A stretch of DNA of 64,000 bases from Spizellomyces punctatus DAOM BR117 (lineage: Eukaryota), in assembly GCA_000182565.2 (NCBI GenBank), contig KQ257452.1. One strand, given 5' to 3'. Positions within the stretch are counted from its first letter, which is position 1. Every line of letters starts with the position of its first letter. The notes beneath the pieces are model-generated. The model did not search any database. It worked only from the letters and a program-made list of their open reading frames with translations, and was not told where the DNA came from. A program made the translations under genes and the position numbers. Of the stretch, positions 49,251 to 61,785 are shown piece by piece.

Positions 49251-52200
49251 TTATCGCACAATACTCAAGGGCCTAGGTGTAGCGGCTCGACGTATTCGTC
49301 TACTTTCCCTTTTTCGCATTTGATCCCGAGGACCGCTCAGAAATACTTCATATATCTGAACCTCGGTCGCACGCCGATCTATCTCTGGTAATGGCCTTGG
49401 AGAATCGAGCACAACATGGACTCCCGGTATCCATGATTTTAACATGTCTCTGGCGACGATGGTCACCTCAGGGCACCCAGTGAAGTCGACTGATTTCAGT
49501 CGTGGTGCTGACTCGCCAAGATATGATGCTACCCTATTGGTGATTCCTCTACAGAATCGCAGGGAGATATACTGCAAGTTCGAGATATTTTCGGTGAGGG
49601 ACTTGATTGCATCATCCGTAAGATGTTCACAATGTGAAAAATCGAGGTGCTCAAGGCGCTGGCTTCCCATGCGCAGCTCCCGGAGACCGTGATTCGTAAG
49701 ACGTTTGCAGAAGCTGAGAATCAAGGTAGTGAGATCGAAGCTGGTAGACCCAATCCACTTCAAACAACGATCAGTAAGTTTTTCGCAATCAGAGAGGTCA
49801 AGATAGCGGATATGCCTAGAAGGTAATGGTGCAGTCCTAGTTAGTCAGGCAAGACCATGGTTAGCATGAAAAAGTTCGGGGTAAGTACCTGCAGTATCGG
49901 ACTACATGAAACATAGTCAAATCAGTCATCTTTGTGCATCTCCGTAGTTGCAGGTGAGTAATTTCACTGGTCCCCGACAGTATCTTTTCCAGCTGCTCGT
50001 CCCCAAAAGACCTGCAGTAGCTCAAGTCCAATCTTTTCAACTTGGACCATTTGTGACGTGCAAACCCCGAGCCCTTTAGTTGTCCACAGTAACTGAGATC
50101 GGCCTCAACAACTCGAGTAAGGTTCCGGGTAAGATAGCCCAGGCCTTTGTCAGTGAATCTCCAAGAATTAGACAATGAAAGGTAGTAGATGTTCGGACAC
50201 AGTGCCGCCAGAGTTTCCAGATCCCGATCTGTAACCCTCCAGCACGTCTCGAGACAAAGCCCAGTGAGATGATCCCCTGTGAGCTCCCAAAAGCTGGTAA
50301 GAGTTTTATGGGTGATTGTTGAAAAAACTGGGGAAAAGTCCAAGGTAGTCCATTGGATTGGACGACGTAGAAGCTCATTCCACCGCTTGCACATTAGACG
50401 CATTTTGAGTCGCTCTAATGGGTTCAGGCATGAAAAGATTATGCGCAATGCCCGTTCCTCCAAATCAGCGATACTTTGCACTTCCGTGGTACTGAGAGAG
50501 CATTGAACTATAGTTGAGGCTCCGCTAATATAGCTGGCGTCGCTTCCCCTTCGACTTGACGGCCCTTCAGGAGCGACTTTTGCTCCACGTTCCCTGCGTT
50601 TGGATGAGCTCGACTTTAACCCTTGAAAAAGCTTGGTAATCCAGCGACGGCCCTAAGTAATAGCATTCCGTTAACCACTTGATGAATGACTCTGGTAGAG
50701 AATCGCGCACATCTTCGCCTCACCGTCTTGGGGACATCATTTGTCTTTTCATGCCCTGAAGGTACGTTTCCTTGTTCTTCAATCAAAAGGGATTGGTCTG
50801 CTTGTCCTGGAGGACACGATTCGTTTTCGTTTGTTACTGGCAGGCTCTCATTCGCAACCTTCGATCCACGTCTGAGAAATCTCCGGACTCCTCTTAGCTG
50901 CTGCGGTTGAGACTCGTCCCTGTCGCTTGCTCTCGCTTTCGTTTTAGCCTTTTCTTTTATGTCAGCCTTGACTGAATCGACAGCGGTATCCCATATTTCT
51001 CTCGCCTTCTTCTGAATGGTATCTGTGTCTACATCGGCATGTAGAGCGCCTTCTGTGGATAGTTTCCGCTGTTCTATCAGGCGAAACCGTTTGTCGGCTT
51101 CCAAGACAATGTTCTGATAACTCTCCGGATATTGTTGGAACACCTTTTGCAGGGCCTCGGCTGTCAAAATCATCATACCACACGACTTGGATGCAACACG
51201 CACGGAAGCGGTTCGAGGAATGCCTCGAAGCAATCCTATTTCGCCAAAGAAACCACCCTCCTTGACAGAATCATAGACTGTTGATCCGTCTTCCGAGATA
51301 ATTTGCACCTTCCCATGCACGATAAAGAACATCTCGGCCGACATTTCGCCCTTATGAACGATCAGTTCCCCAGCTTTCCGTGCGCAGACAGATGTCGTAA
51401 GTGCCACTGTGCGCAAAAATCCGTTCTCGCAGTTTTGAAAAATCGGAACCTGAACAAAATACTGTGAGGCTCAGCTGTGATGTTGGATTTCGTTGTTTCT
51501 ACATACCTTTTTCAACCGTGCTGCCGTTGCGTCAATATCGTACGCCTCAGGCAGTGATGATTCCGATAGTTGATTAACTGCTCTTGTCCTCTTCTGAAAC
51601 AGTCGGTAGTTCTCTTCTGCTCGTGCTTGCATAGCATCTCTCAGCGTAGGATGTTGCCCAAGTACGTGGGTGAGGGCATCCTTCGACAGTTCGTACAGAG
51701 TCGTCTGTGACTTTGAACGGACCGTGGCCGTCCGGTTGATTTCGTAAAAAAGGGCCACTTCGCCAAAGAATGCGTTTGCACCCATTTCAGCATATATGCT
51801 TTTACCATCCTCAGATACAACCTGTACAGTTCCATCCATCACAAAAAACATGCTCCGGGCGACCTCATCCTTACGAATGATTACACTTCCCGGTGGATAT
51901 ACATGAAGCTTCAGGACCAGCACTAATTCGTGAAAGAAGGCGAGAGATCCATCCTTGAAGAGCGGGACCTAAGACAATTGCACTCTTGTCAGAATAGTTT
52001 CTGCTTTTCCTAATGTGACTGCCAGCAGCGTCACCTACGTTTTTCAACCGCTCTCTGACAACTTCCAGCTCCAACTGCATCGCTTGCCGCTTATTTAGCT
52101 TGCTTTTCTCCCTCTCTTCATTGAACTTGAATCTCAGCGTCGCTTCTTCTTGAATTTTCTGGTTAACTTCCGGATACTGCTTCAATAACGTGTCCAGATC

Positions 52201-53334
52201 GTTCTTGGCCAGTTTGAAAACCGCCATTTGATTCGATGTACATCGAACGGACGCAGTTCTTCTCACATCAAAGAATATGCCAACCTCGCCGAAGAAAGAG
52301 CCGGGATGAAATTCAGCAAAAGTTTGGCCATCCTCTTCGCTAAACACTTCCGCCGTGCCTCGAACGACAAAGTACATCTCACGAGCAATGTCATCCTTTC
52401 GAATAATGCGATCTCCGTGCCGATATTGAAGTGGGCACAAGCTTAGAGCTAGCATGTGAAGAAATCCCACCTCACAATTCCGGAAGGCAGGGATCTATAT
52501 AACAAATGTGTCAAAGCGAGCGTAGATGCAATTCCCATTTTTCCTTATCATTGGCATATTACACACTTTCTTCAAATCATTCTGGGTCATTCCTAACTTG
52601 AGCTCTTCACCAAACTCCACTAGCATGGAAGATTCCCGCTGTTTCATGTACGAAGCAAATCGCTCTTCCGCAATATATCGGATTGAGGTGGCCACCTCAG
52701 GATGCCGTTGAATCGCCATCTTCAGGGATTCCCTGGTGAGAGTAAGCACTACGCATCGCCCCCTTGCTCTGCATGATGCGGTTCTGTTGAGGGAATTGAT
52801 CAGCAAACGGCATCTACATCTAGCAACCGCGCTGACTATACCGTGGAACGGAAAATAGGACTCCAATCTCGCCAAAAAACGATTTTTCTGTCATTACATT
52901 GATGACAGTTTCACCTAAGCGACACAAAAAGCTGCTTTTAGCTTCATGGAATCCGTCTTTTTGTCCTGCCCCCCCATACTTGCCCCATGTCAGCCCAACA
53001 GCCACGACTCACCATCCTCAGATACAACCTCAATATCCCCTCTGAATACAAAAAACAAAGCTCGCCCAACCTCGCCTTGCCGAATTACATATGAATTGTC
53101 ATAATATACACGAGTCTGCATCGAATTGGCCAACGTCATCAAGAAATCCTCGTCATGTAGATCCTTGAACAGAATATGTTCGTCGAGGAATTTGCAGATT
53201 GAGAGATCCATTGACGACACACTTTGCAAAGGACTAGATTCCTTTGATTGGGATCTTGGGAGAGTACCACATTCTCTCTGTTCTGCATGGTGGTGTAGGA
53301 TTGACACATTGGGAGAAGATCGACAACCACTCAT
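49251..53334 (-). CDS. Protein with four cyclic-nucleotide-binding domains, an F-box and LRR repeats
   Basis: Four CNB cassettes (FGEIGVLFSVPRTAS, FGEVGIFFDVRRTAS, FGEVALFYEINRTAT, FGEIGLLRGIPRTAS), F-box LEERALRIIFSCL...RLMCKRWNEL, and Cys-containing LRRs (LDLSYC, LILSFCKRLTN, LDFSHCEHLTD). Start uncertain (53211, 53334 or 53454). Confidence 0.88.
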
Positions 53335-53476
53335 GACCACCGGATTCAGTGCGTATGGAGACAGGCTGGTGTGGAGTGAGAGTACTTCCGCATGGATTTG
53401 CTTTTGAATACGGGCATGTGGTTCATGGCCTTTCCTTAACCCTGGGGTTTTCATATGCGAGTGGCCAAGACAATTT

Positions 53477-55410
53477 ATGGTCGGCCGTGGCGCGGCATCG
53501 CTTGGTAAGCAGAGAAACGCGCTGACAGACCTATCGAGGATCCACAACAGACCTTTTGGCAAGACTGTTAACGCACAAACCGCCAAAATGACACTGCCAA
53601 AGCGAGTATCATATCCGCCACCCCCAGTGCCTTCTAAACCTCATGTGCGGTTTGGAGATATCATCAAGGAAACGGCGTTACCTGATACGATTGTGCGGCA
53701 GGTGAGTCGTTCAGGCCATAGGTGGACCAATTCCGCTTTTGTATGGTGTTCTTTCAAAATATGCCTCATCAGAGTTAATGGAAAAATATTGAGCCATTTT
53801 GGATATCCTACCTTTGTATAGTTGCATATTGTCTTTTACTGACATGTTACTTCCTAGACGTCGCTCATGCAATTGACCCGGGTACTGGATCAACTCAGTA
53901 ATTTTTCTCTCTACGCAAATGAGATTGCATCGGGTAAGTCTCCCAATCTTTGTAGACGACCGTTATTGCTGATATCAAGTTTAACGGATCCTTCTCAAAG
54001 ACCTTGTCAAGTCATCAGTGTCGATTTCCGAAAGAGTCGAGGAAGTTCAGAAGCGTATTGATGCTTTAAAGAATGCATCACCAAATGTAGAGGAGAAGCT
54101 GGCAGTAGCCAATCTTGCAGAGTCTATGAATCATGAACGTATGCAAGCCATTTGATTGCTAGTTTGCGATATTTTAATCAATGATTCGGTGCATTAGGAT
54201 TTGACTGGAAATCCCAGCTAAAGCTTGGGAGCAATCTTTTTACAAAAGAAACCGAAGACCCCTCATTGCGGGCTGTTTACGAAACATGTAATGATGCACC
54301 AAACCTATCTCTTATGGATCCATTCAGGGCTGATGGCCAGCCTTGCATGAAAGTGAGCAAATGTTCCCAAATTGACACTTTTTCTTTTTTGAAATGCGGA
54401 GTGCTTACAATAATTGAACATAGTTTTATTCATATCCCGAATTCTTTGCGGAAGAATGGAAGATGCTGATGCAAAAGGAGTTTGATGAAGAACGGAAACG
54501 AAAAAAGGAGCGAAGAGAGCTAAAGAAGAAGGCAAAGGTGGGTGCTTACAAACATCTATTAAATCAAACAATGAAACTCCCAATAATGTGCGTGAAATCC
54601 TAGCTACAACGGCCTACAGCGGCCGGAAAGCTCCAAGTCCAAGAGCTGCAAATCAAGCGCTACAATTCTCAAGGGGAGCTGATCACAGAAGGCGGCGAAA
54701 GTGCCGATACATCCAATGCACCATTCCGAAGACTCAGCATTGGGTCTTCCGATAGTCCATATGGTTCAGGACGCGGTATGCCACCTGCTGTTCGATCGTG
54801 GAATAAGGCGGAAATCAGAACGTCCATTATGATGCGTCCAGCGCTTGCCTGGGAAGATCATGGACGACCGTCGCGGGGACACACTCAAGTTGAGCGCTCC
54901 AAAACTTCACGAACCAGAGTGAATACTCCGCCGCCACCTCCACCACCACCGCCTCCACCATTGGCATTTGCAGGAGCACCCTCCACCGTACCAGCATCTG
55001 GTGGTGCGCCTATTGCGGCAACTGGAGCATCAGCCTCCGCAGCAGCAGCAGGCAAACCTACACTGTCGCCAGCCTTGAGTAACATGAACTTTTTGAACGA
55101 GATTCGTAGCGGACAGGTTTGTTGAAGGATTCATATATTATGTCGATCACCCAGTACTGATCGCATGTACCTATGCCAGTTTACATTGAAGAAGGTGGAT
55201 GCCCCTGTCATGACAGCAGCTGAAAAGCGCTCGGCACGAGATCAAGCAAGCGATGTTGCAGCGATACTGATGCGGCGTGTGGCGATGGAGATGAGTGATA
55301 GCGAAGACGGTAACAGCCCCCTGTTGGTCATTGCATTTGGCTAATATCAGTGAGCTCACGATTTCCATATTGTTTCAGAGGACTCTGCGGACGATGATGA
55401 TTGGGATTGA
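53477..55410 (+). CDS. SCAR: SCAR/WAVE actin nucleation-promoting factor
   Basis: WHD (LDQLSNFSLYANEI...VYETCNDAPNLSLMDPFRADGQPCMKFYSYPEFFAEEWK), basic region, poly-Pro, WH2 FLNEIRSGQFTLKKV, C region DVAAILMRRVAMEMSDSED and acidic DDDDWD. Start at 53477 or 53588. Confidence 0.93.
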
Positions 55411-56145
55411 ATAAAGCAACGATAAAATAAAGATTACAAGGTTACATAGAGGCAGATACGTTAATGAGACTGGCTTATCAACAAGTATCAGTCCCTGGAG
55501 ATGGGTCTCTTTCATCAGAAGAGATTCAAAGTTCGCACTGCACTTCAAGTCGTTCCATCTACATGATCGAACTATCGTCGCCCTTGATGGCAACCCATCA
55601 TTTCAGTCAGAGACTGTCAAGGGTGATCAAAAGCGCCGCCTTCGTCGAGAAACTATCCTTTTTCAACTGTTGGTTTTATTCCTGTTATGACCTACCGCAT
55701 CCGCGAATAAAATAAGCGGAAATGCAACTGCCGCCTAACTCCACAGTCAGCTGTTTTCTAGCATTCCAGTCGGACGTAGGGAGTCCACATCACTGTGCAG
55801 TACTACATCCAAAATCATATCTATAACCGTCTCCGGCCGAACATTAGAATCCCACGATCCCACTTCCGAGAGCAAAATAGAGACGACGAATATCCGCGCC
55901 CCATTTTGGAATTTCGTGTAAAATCCCGTTCAGAGATCGCAGCTACTGGAAGAACGGCCAGCGGAGACAGCGACGGAATGCATTCGTATGTGGTTCTAAT
56001 GAATAGCCAGACTGTTATGATTGGAGCCGGCTAAAAATAGTAACGTCACGAACAGCCAGTTGCCTTCTGACCGCTTCCCGTCATTTTCAACGCCCAGAAC
56101 CCACTTTGCAAGGAACCTTCATAACCCAAGTTTACGTATTTCATC

Positions 56146-57944
56146 ATGGGAGGGGTCTTGACGTGCTTTGCAACGGAAGCTGCTTGCTGTTTTGGTAAAG
56201 CTGCCTGCAACTGCTTTTGCAAATTATGTGGGACGAGGAGGTGGGTGCAGTTGGTCGATAGCACCTTGGCAGAGTGTGGTGCAGTGACGTGCTTACTGGT
56301 TCATTCCCTGGTAGCTCCACAGCGACAAGAGTCGGATATGCGTTCATGTTTGTATTGACTGCTGTTCTGTCGTGGGTAAGTAGTACATGCGTAGGTACGG
56401 TCTAGGTCTGTATAGCAGCCAGCAACTGATCACGTATTTGCAGATCATGCAATCAGATTGGGCGTCACGCAAACTTAAAAGCATATCCCATGGATACTTG
56501 GAGCTGAAATGCCCACAGGGAGATTGTTATGGGTATCTGGCTGTGATTCGAATATGTTTTGCCACGACGCTCTTTGTAAGTTGTTGAGGATAAATAAGCC
56601 CTGTCACCTGCTTAAGCCATGTATTCTCAAATTCATTGCTTTTGTAGCACGCGATTATGTCTGCTATTATGTATAACGTTAAAAGCAGCCGCGATTTTCG
56701 CTCGTCCATACAGAATGGCTACTGGGCGTGGAAGCTACTAGCCTGGGCTGGTCTCGTCATTCTCAATTTCTTCATACCGAACGAGTTTTTCATGTTTGTC
56801 GGAAAATACCTCGACACGCCAGGAGCTTTCGTGTTTATCCTCATACAAATAGTCCTATTGATAGATTTTGCGTACACATTCAGTGAAACTTTACTGGGTA
56901 AGTATATTCTTCAGTGGAAAAGGTCACCCAAGTCTCACGTTCTCATCTTCATGCAGAAAAATGGGAGGAGAAGCAGGACAAAAGGTGGCTTGGCTTACTG
57001 CTCGCCATCACATTTGGCGCTTTTCTCTGCTCGATTGCCTTGACTGGTGTCATGTACGCGTGGTTCGGTAGCAGCGCCTGCAAGCTCAACCAGTTTTTCA
57101 TCAGCTTCAATCTTATTCTCTGCCTGATTGTCACCGCCCTGTCTGTTGCCCCACCTGTCCAAGAGGCGAACCCGAAGAGCGGGCTGGCGCAAGCAGCAAT
57201 GGTTACTGTGTACGCCACGTATCTAGTTGCTAGCGCCATTGTCTCTGAGCCTAACGACAATGGGGAGAACGTCTGCAACCCGACAAATAAGAGCGGCAAA
57301 ACCGAGACGACAACACTTGTACTGGGATCCCTCTTCACCTTCCTGGCCCTAGCATACAGTACCACACGTGCGGCAACAAAAGGTGATGTGCTGACCACAA
57401 ATGGGGACGATGAGGCTAGCCTCCCTTTGATCAGCGAGCAGCCTTCTGGGAGGTCATCTCATTTGCGATCAGCAGTGGAGAGTGGCGCGCTCCCATCCCG
57501 CGCGTTGCATGACGATGACGACGGAGATGATAGCGCATTTGGGGTTCCAGATGACGATGAGAAAGACGGAGTTCAATACAACTACTCCTTTTTCCATATC
57601 ATCTTTTTATTGGCGTCAATGTACCTGGCGATGCTGCTTACTGGGGTAAGTTGTGTGTTTACTTCGCTGGAAGCCTACTCTTGTCAGTAACAATTTTGTA
57701 TTGTCCGCCTCCTAGTGGGATATGGTTGACAAGACTGATGGCGTTGCGGTCGTTGGTAAGAGTATGGGTGCGGCGTGGGTCAAGGTCGTGTCAAGTTGGC
57801 TCGTCTTGCTACTTTATGTGTAAGTGCAAGCCACTGCTATTGTTGTCGAATATCTGTGCGCGTGCTTACAATGTATCCATTTGCAGGTGGACGCTGGTTG
57901 CGCCTGTGTGGCTTCCTGACCGCTTTGACCAATATGGGCTTTAA
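56146..57944 (+). CDS. TMS1: Serine incorporator family membrane protein (SERINC/Tms1)
   Basis: ACCFGKAAC, CYGYLAVIRICF, RSSIQNGYWAWK, FILIQIVLLIDFAY, NPKSGLAQA, YNYSFFHIIF, WTLVAP. Confidence 0.95.
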
Positions 57945-58232
57945 TCCGTAACGTCGTTGTTTAGTAATTCAAGCCGCGACCATCCTTTTCAGCGTACATA
58001 ATTTTTTTTGCGTTTGTTTTTTGGTACCTCTATCACATTCAATAAACTGTGGCCCAGAACCTTCAAATCTGGCTTATTCAGCAGGTCCATGTATTATGCT
58101 TGTGAATTTGTGATAGTAGATACGTATTCCGTGTCCCCTCTCCACCTGGCACCCAAAGATACGTATGCTCATCAAGCGACGTAGCGAAATAATCTAGTAT
58201 CCTTTCTGTGCAAAGTAAACTATGACGAATGT

Positions 58233-58907
58233 CTATCGCTTCTTTCCCTCCTTCTTTTTAATGGTTTCATCGCCGATAAAGATTCCTTTCTGATTGTAAG
58301 GTTCCGGGGGTCTCCACTTTCGGATGCTTGCAGCGAACTGCGTAATTTTCTGCAAATCATTCCCTTGCAAAATGATTCGTGTTGGTGCAGGGATCTTGAC
58401 ATCCACGCCTTCGGGGATATCCAACAAAATGGGATGGGAGTAACCCAACTTCAAACTCAGCTTCCCTTCCTCGAACAACGCCCTGTACCCAACACCATTG
58501 AATCGAATGGGAACCGTGAACCCTTCGTGAACGCCCTCTACCATGTTTTCAAGCAAGGCTCGAGTGGTACCCCACATTGCTCGCTGCTTTCTGTCTTTGG
58601 GATCTGTGACCGAAACGGATAGAGTCCTTTTCGGTGCTGTTGGGTCATGTGCATCAATTTGGACAGCGACGAACGGTTGCAGTGGCATTGACAAGGAACC
58701 TCGAGGTCCTTTGACGGTAACTTGTGTGGTAGCGCGGGGGAAGGAAGGTGTCGGAAGGTAGGGTTCGGTGGTTATGGCAACCTCATGGGGATACTTGAGA
58801 ACTCGACGTCCAATCATGGATTGTGAAACACCAGTCGTTGTAAACGAACGGCAAGCGTAATGTGAGAAGGAGGTCCCCTCTGCTCTGACAAGGCGTTGGA
58901 CCCACAT
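58233..58907 (-). CDS. MRPL6: Mitochondrial ribosomal protein uL6m
   Basis: VTVKGPRG, RAMWGTTRALLENMVEGV, GVGYRA, LKLGYSHP, RPPEPYNQKGI, KEGKKR; presequence-like N-terminus. Confidence 0.95.
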   Translation of the reverse strand: MWVQRLVRAEGTSFSHYACRSFTTTGVSQSMIGRRVLKYPHEVAITTEPYLPTPSFPRATTQVTVKGPRGSLSMPLQPFVAVQIDAHDPTAPKRTLSVSVTDPKDRKQRAMWGTTRALLENMVEGVHEGFTVPIRFNGVGYRALFEEGKLSLKLGYSHPILLDIPEGVDVKIPAPTRIILQGNDLQKITQFAASIRKWRPPEPYNQKGIFIGDETIKKKEGKKR

Positions 58908-59002
58908 GTTGGGTTTGCTTGAGCGATCGGCAGAGGGCAACAGATGGATCTCAGCGAAACAAGAAACCTGCAAAAGGCCCAAAGGACTTGCTCACGTCCC
59001 AG

Positions 59003-59023
59003 CATAGCAACAGGGTTGCTATG
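59003..59023. promoter_or_regulatory. Inverted pair of X-box half-sites in the MRPL6/RRP4 divergent promoter
   Basis: CATAGCAAC-AGG-GTTGCTATG, a perfect 9-bp inverted repeat. Confidence 0.5.
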
Positions 59024-59102
59024 GCCATTTGAGGGTTACGATCGGCCTCTTCGTGATCTACACTTGGTTTTCGCAGCTCTTTATTCCAGAATACACATCA
59101 AC

Positions 59103-60461
59103 ATGGACGCATCGGTCGTATCTGCCGCACAAATGCCCGACTACGGCGATGATATGGCCGTTGATAACGAATCCGACGATGGGAACACGCATATTGTGAC
59201 GCCGGGAGAAGTTGTCACTCGGGACACGGCATTCATGCGGTTGGTTCCAATCACTATTCTCCAAAGTTTCTATTTTATGGCGCTAACCCTCACAATGTTG
59301 GTGAACAAGAGGACACGGCACATATACGGAGGATGACGCTTTGGTGGCTTCTATGGCAGGTGTGGTCGACAGAGTCAATAAGCTGATATCCGTTCGACCA
59401 CTGCGAACGAGGTACGGCGAAACATCTTACGATGATATGTATAAGCCTTGGTCCTGAAATCTCATCTCACTCTTCATTGATTTCTCAGATATAATGGAGA
59501 AATTGGTGATGTGGTAGTAGGAAGAATAACGGAGGTACAATCCCTGTATTTCCCTATGGGAGACAGCAGGAATTGTAAAGCTTTGTCCCGTAGGTAGGAC
59601 CGAGACGGTGGAAAGTAGATATCAACGCGCGACAAGATGCAGTTTTGTTATTGTCGTCGGTCAACTTACCGGGAGGTGTACAGGTATTTACCAGATCAAA
59701 AAGGCACATTCACATTACCAGCTCACGAGATGTTAAATCTCATAGCGACGGAAAACAGAATCAGATGAATTACAAATGCGATCTTTCTTTGGCGAAGGCG
59801 ATATGTTGAGTGTAAGTAGTTCCGCTGGGAATATAAAAGTAGAATCGCTTTGTCGCTAATGTAATCAACAGGCGGAAGTTCAGGCCTTTTTTCAAGACGG
59901 TGCGGCGTCACTTCACACGCGAAGTATCAAATATGGAAAGGTAGGCAGTGTGGGTCGCTAGGCATTGTAATAATACACTAAACAAATCATACTAGCTCCG
60001 TAACGGCTCACTGGTCATTGTTCCGTCCGCGCTGGTGAAACGGACGAAATCACATTTCGCTACTCTCCCATGTGGCGTGGACGTAATATTGGGCTTGAAT
60101 GGATACATATGGGTGGCAAAACACGTTGCGATTTCTCCAGAGATTGTGAATCAGCCAGATGCACTATATCATAATGAAAATGAGGTATGTTTTACCATTG
60201 AATGCAGACGCTCCTTTATGAGGTAACCGATCACTGTTTTTCGTGTAGCCAATATCGGATGCAGAACGTCAAACGATAGCCCGAGTCTGCAGTAGCATTG
60301 TTGCCTTGAGTCGACACAACAATTTCATCAATGATACCATGATTGTATATACATTTGAGGCAAGCATGGGACATCCAGTGAAGGACATGCTAAAGCCGGA
60401 CATATGTCAGCAAATAGTGCTGGCAGCGAGGGCACAATTCCGCGAAGCATCGCTTCAATAA
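59103..60461 (+). CDS. RRP4: Exosome cap subunit Rrp4/EXOSC2
   Basis: VTPGEVVT...[59 protein letters not shown]. Confidence 0.96.
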
Positions 60462-61785
60462 AGTCGCCTTCCTCAGTCAGTTTGAGTCCTTTTTATCAAT
60501 GTGAAGTGCGGGTTAAGATCAATCAGTCATAAGTAGGGGTGAGGGAAAAGTGTGTCGAGGGACTATTGATTGCACTACAGGTCGATCGCTCTCATTGTGC
60601 TTTCACTACCCAGGATCGTGCATGAATGGTCAGTATGTTTATATTTGCGTAACCATTGCCCGACGCGATCAAAAGCGTGTGCGTCTTAGGGATGAACTAA
60701 AAGCTTGCGGCTATTCATGAAGGTACAGCTGCCATTGCAGCCATTCACCTACATTAGAATCAATATCATTCGTAGATATCAGGTCAATTAAAGAGATTCA
60801 AGGAGGTGGGAACTCAACGTCCGATACTGCTCCTAAAAGTAAAGTCACATTCGCCAACTTTCCCGGATTTACTGATCAGTGCCAAAATACACATGGAACA
60901 CATGGATGTGGATGTTGATGATATGCGCCGTTGTTACATGAATTCAACTCCATGCTGGAGGGGTTCGCCAAAGCTTAACAAGTTGCTCATGTACAGAGCG
61001 ACGAATGTAAAAAGCGGATAGGGAAAGATCGTTGGCGCTCACTGATAGTCAGGTCACTCACTGCCGACTTTCATTCCAGTCCCGCAAAATTTGGTACTCT
61101 ACAGGAATAGATTTACATCACACTTACCATACCGCTCGCGCTGCTCACTATCCTTGACGGAAAGAAAGTGAGAAGGATCTATGTTCACCAGCAATGGAAA
61201 TGTTCCAAACAGTGTTCCAACCACGCCGTCGCTTACAAGACACGCCATGCTGAAGCAACCCCGACACCTTTGCTCAGCGATCGAAGCGCTGTGATCGCGG
61301 GAAACGTAAGCGCTGACGTAAACCACAGTCAGCATACATCACGTGCGCTCATTTCCCGTTGAGGAATTGCGGGAAGTTCTGCTTTTCATCCCAGCGGGAT
61401 TTGAAGGTTTTGGACGGGAAATCGCAAATGAACGAGATATTGTAGACCAGCAACGCAACGCTACTGGTTCTTCATTGCAATTACCAGCACACAAACGCAT
61501 TTCACACCTTCCCGGCCTCTAGCTGGTTGACATCCCGGAAGTGGTCGAACCAAGGTATGCCCAGATAATCGCCAGTTAAAAGTGAGATTACAATATTCAC
61601 AAACGGTACAGCATATTGCAGCAGATCTCCGTGCAGATCGCCGTCGAAACGTCAACTCGGACGGGGAACTCTTACGGGAAGAGCGTCGAGACTCAAGTGG
61701 CGCAGCATTTCATCTGACCCGATCAACTGTTGAAGGGTTTTAAACGCTTTGTCCTTTTGTCCATTAGTTTGATTTCTTTGCAAAC

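Noticed and set aside
54928-54960. CCN triplet run
   Set aside because: It is the expected poly-proline tract of SCAR/WAVE.
55577-55594. GTCGCCCTTGATGGCAAC X-box half-site downstream of SCAR
   Set aside because: Wrong spacing for a full X-box and about 550 bp from the next ATG.
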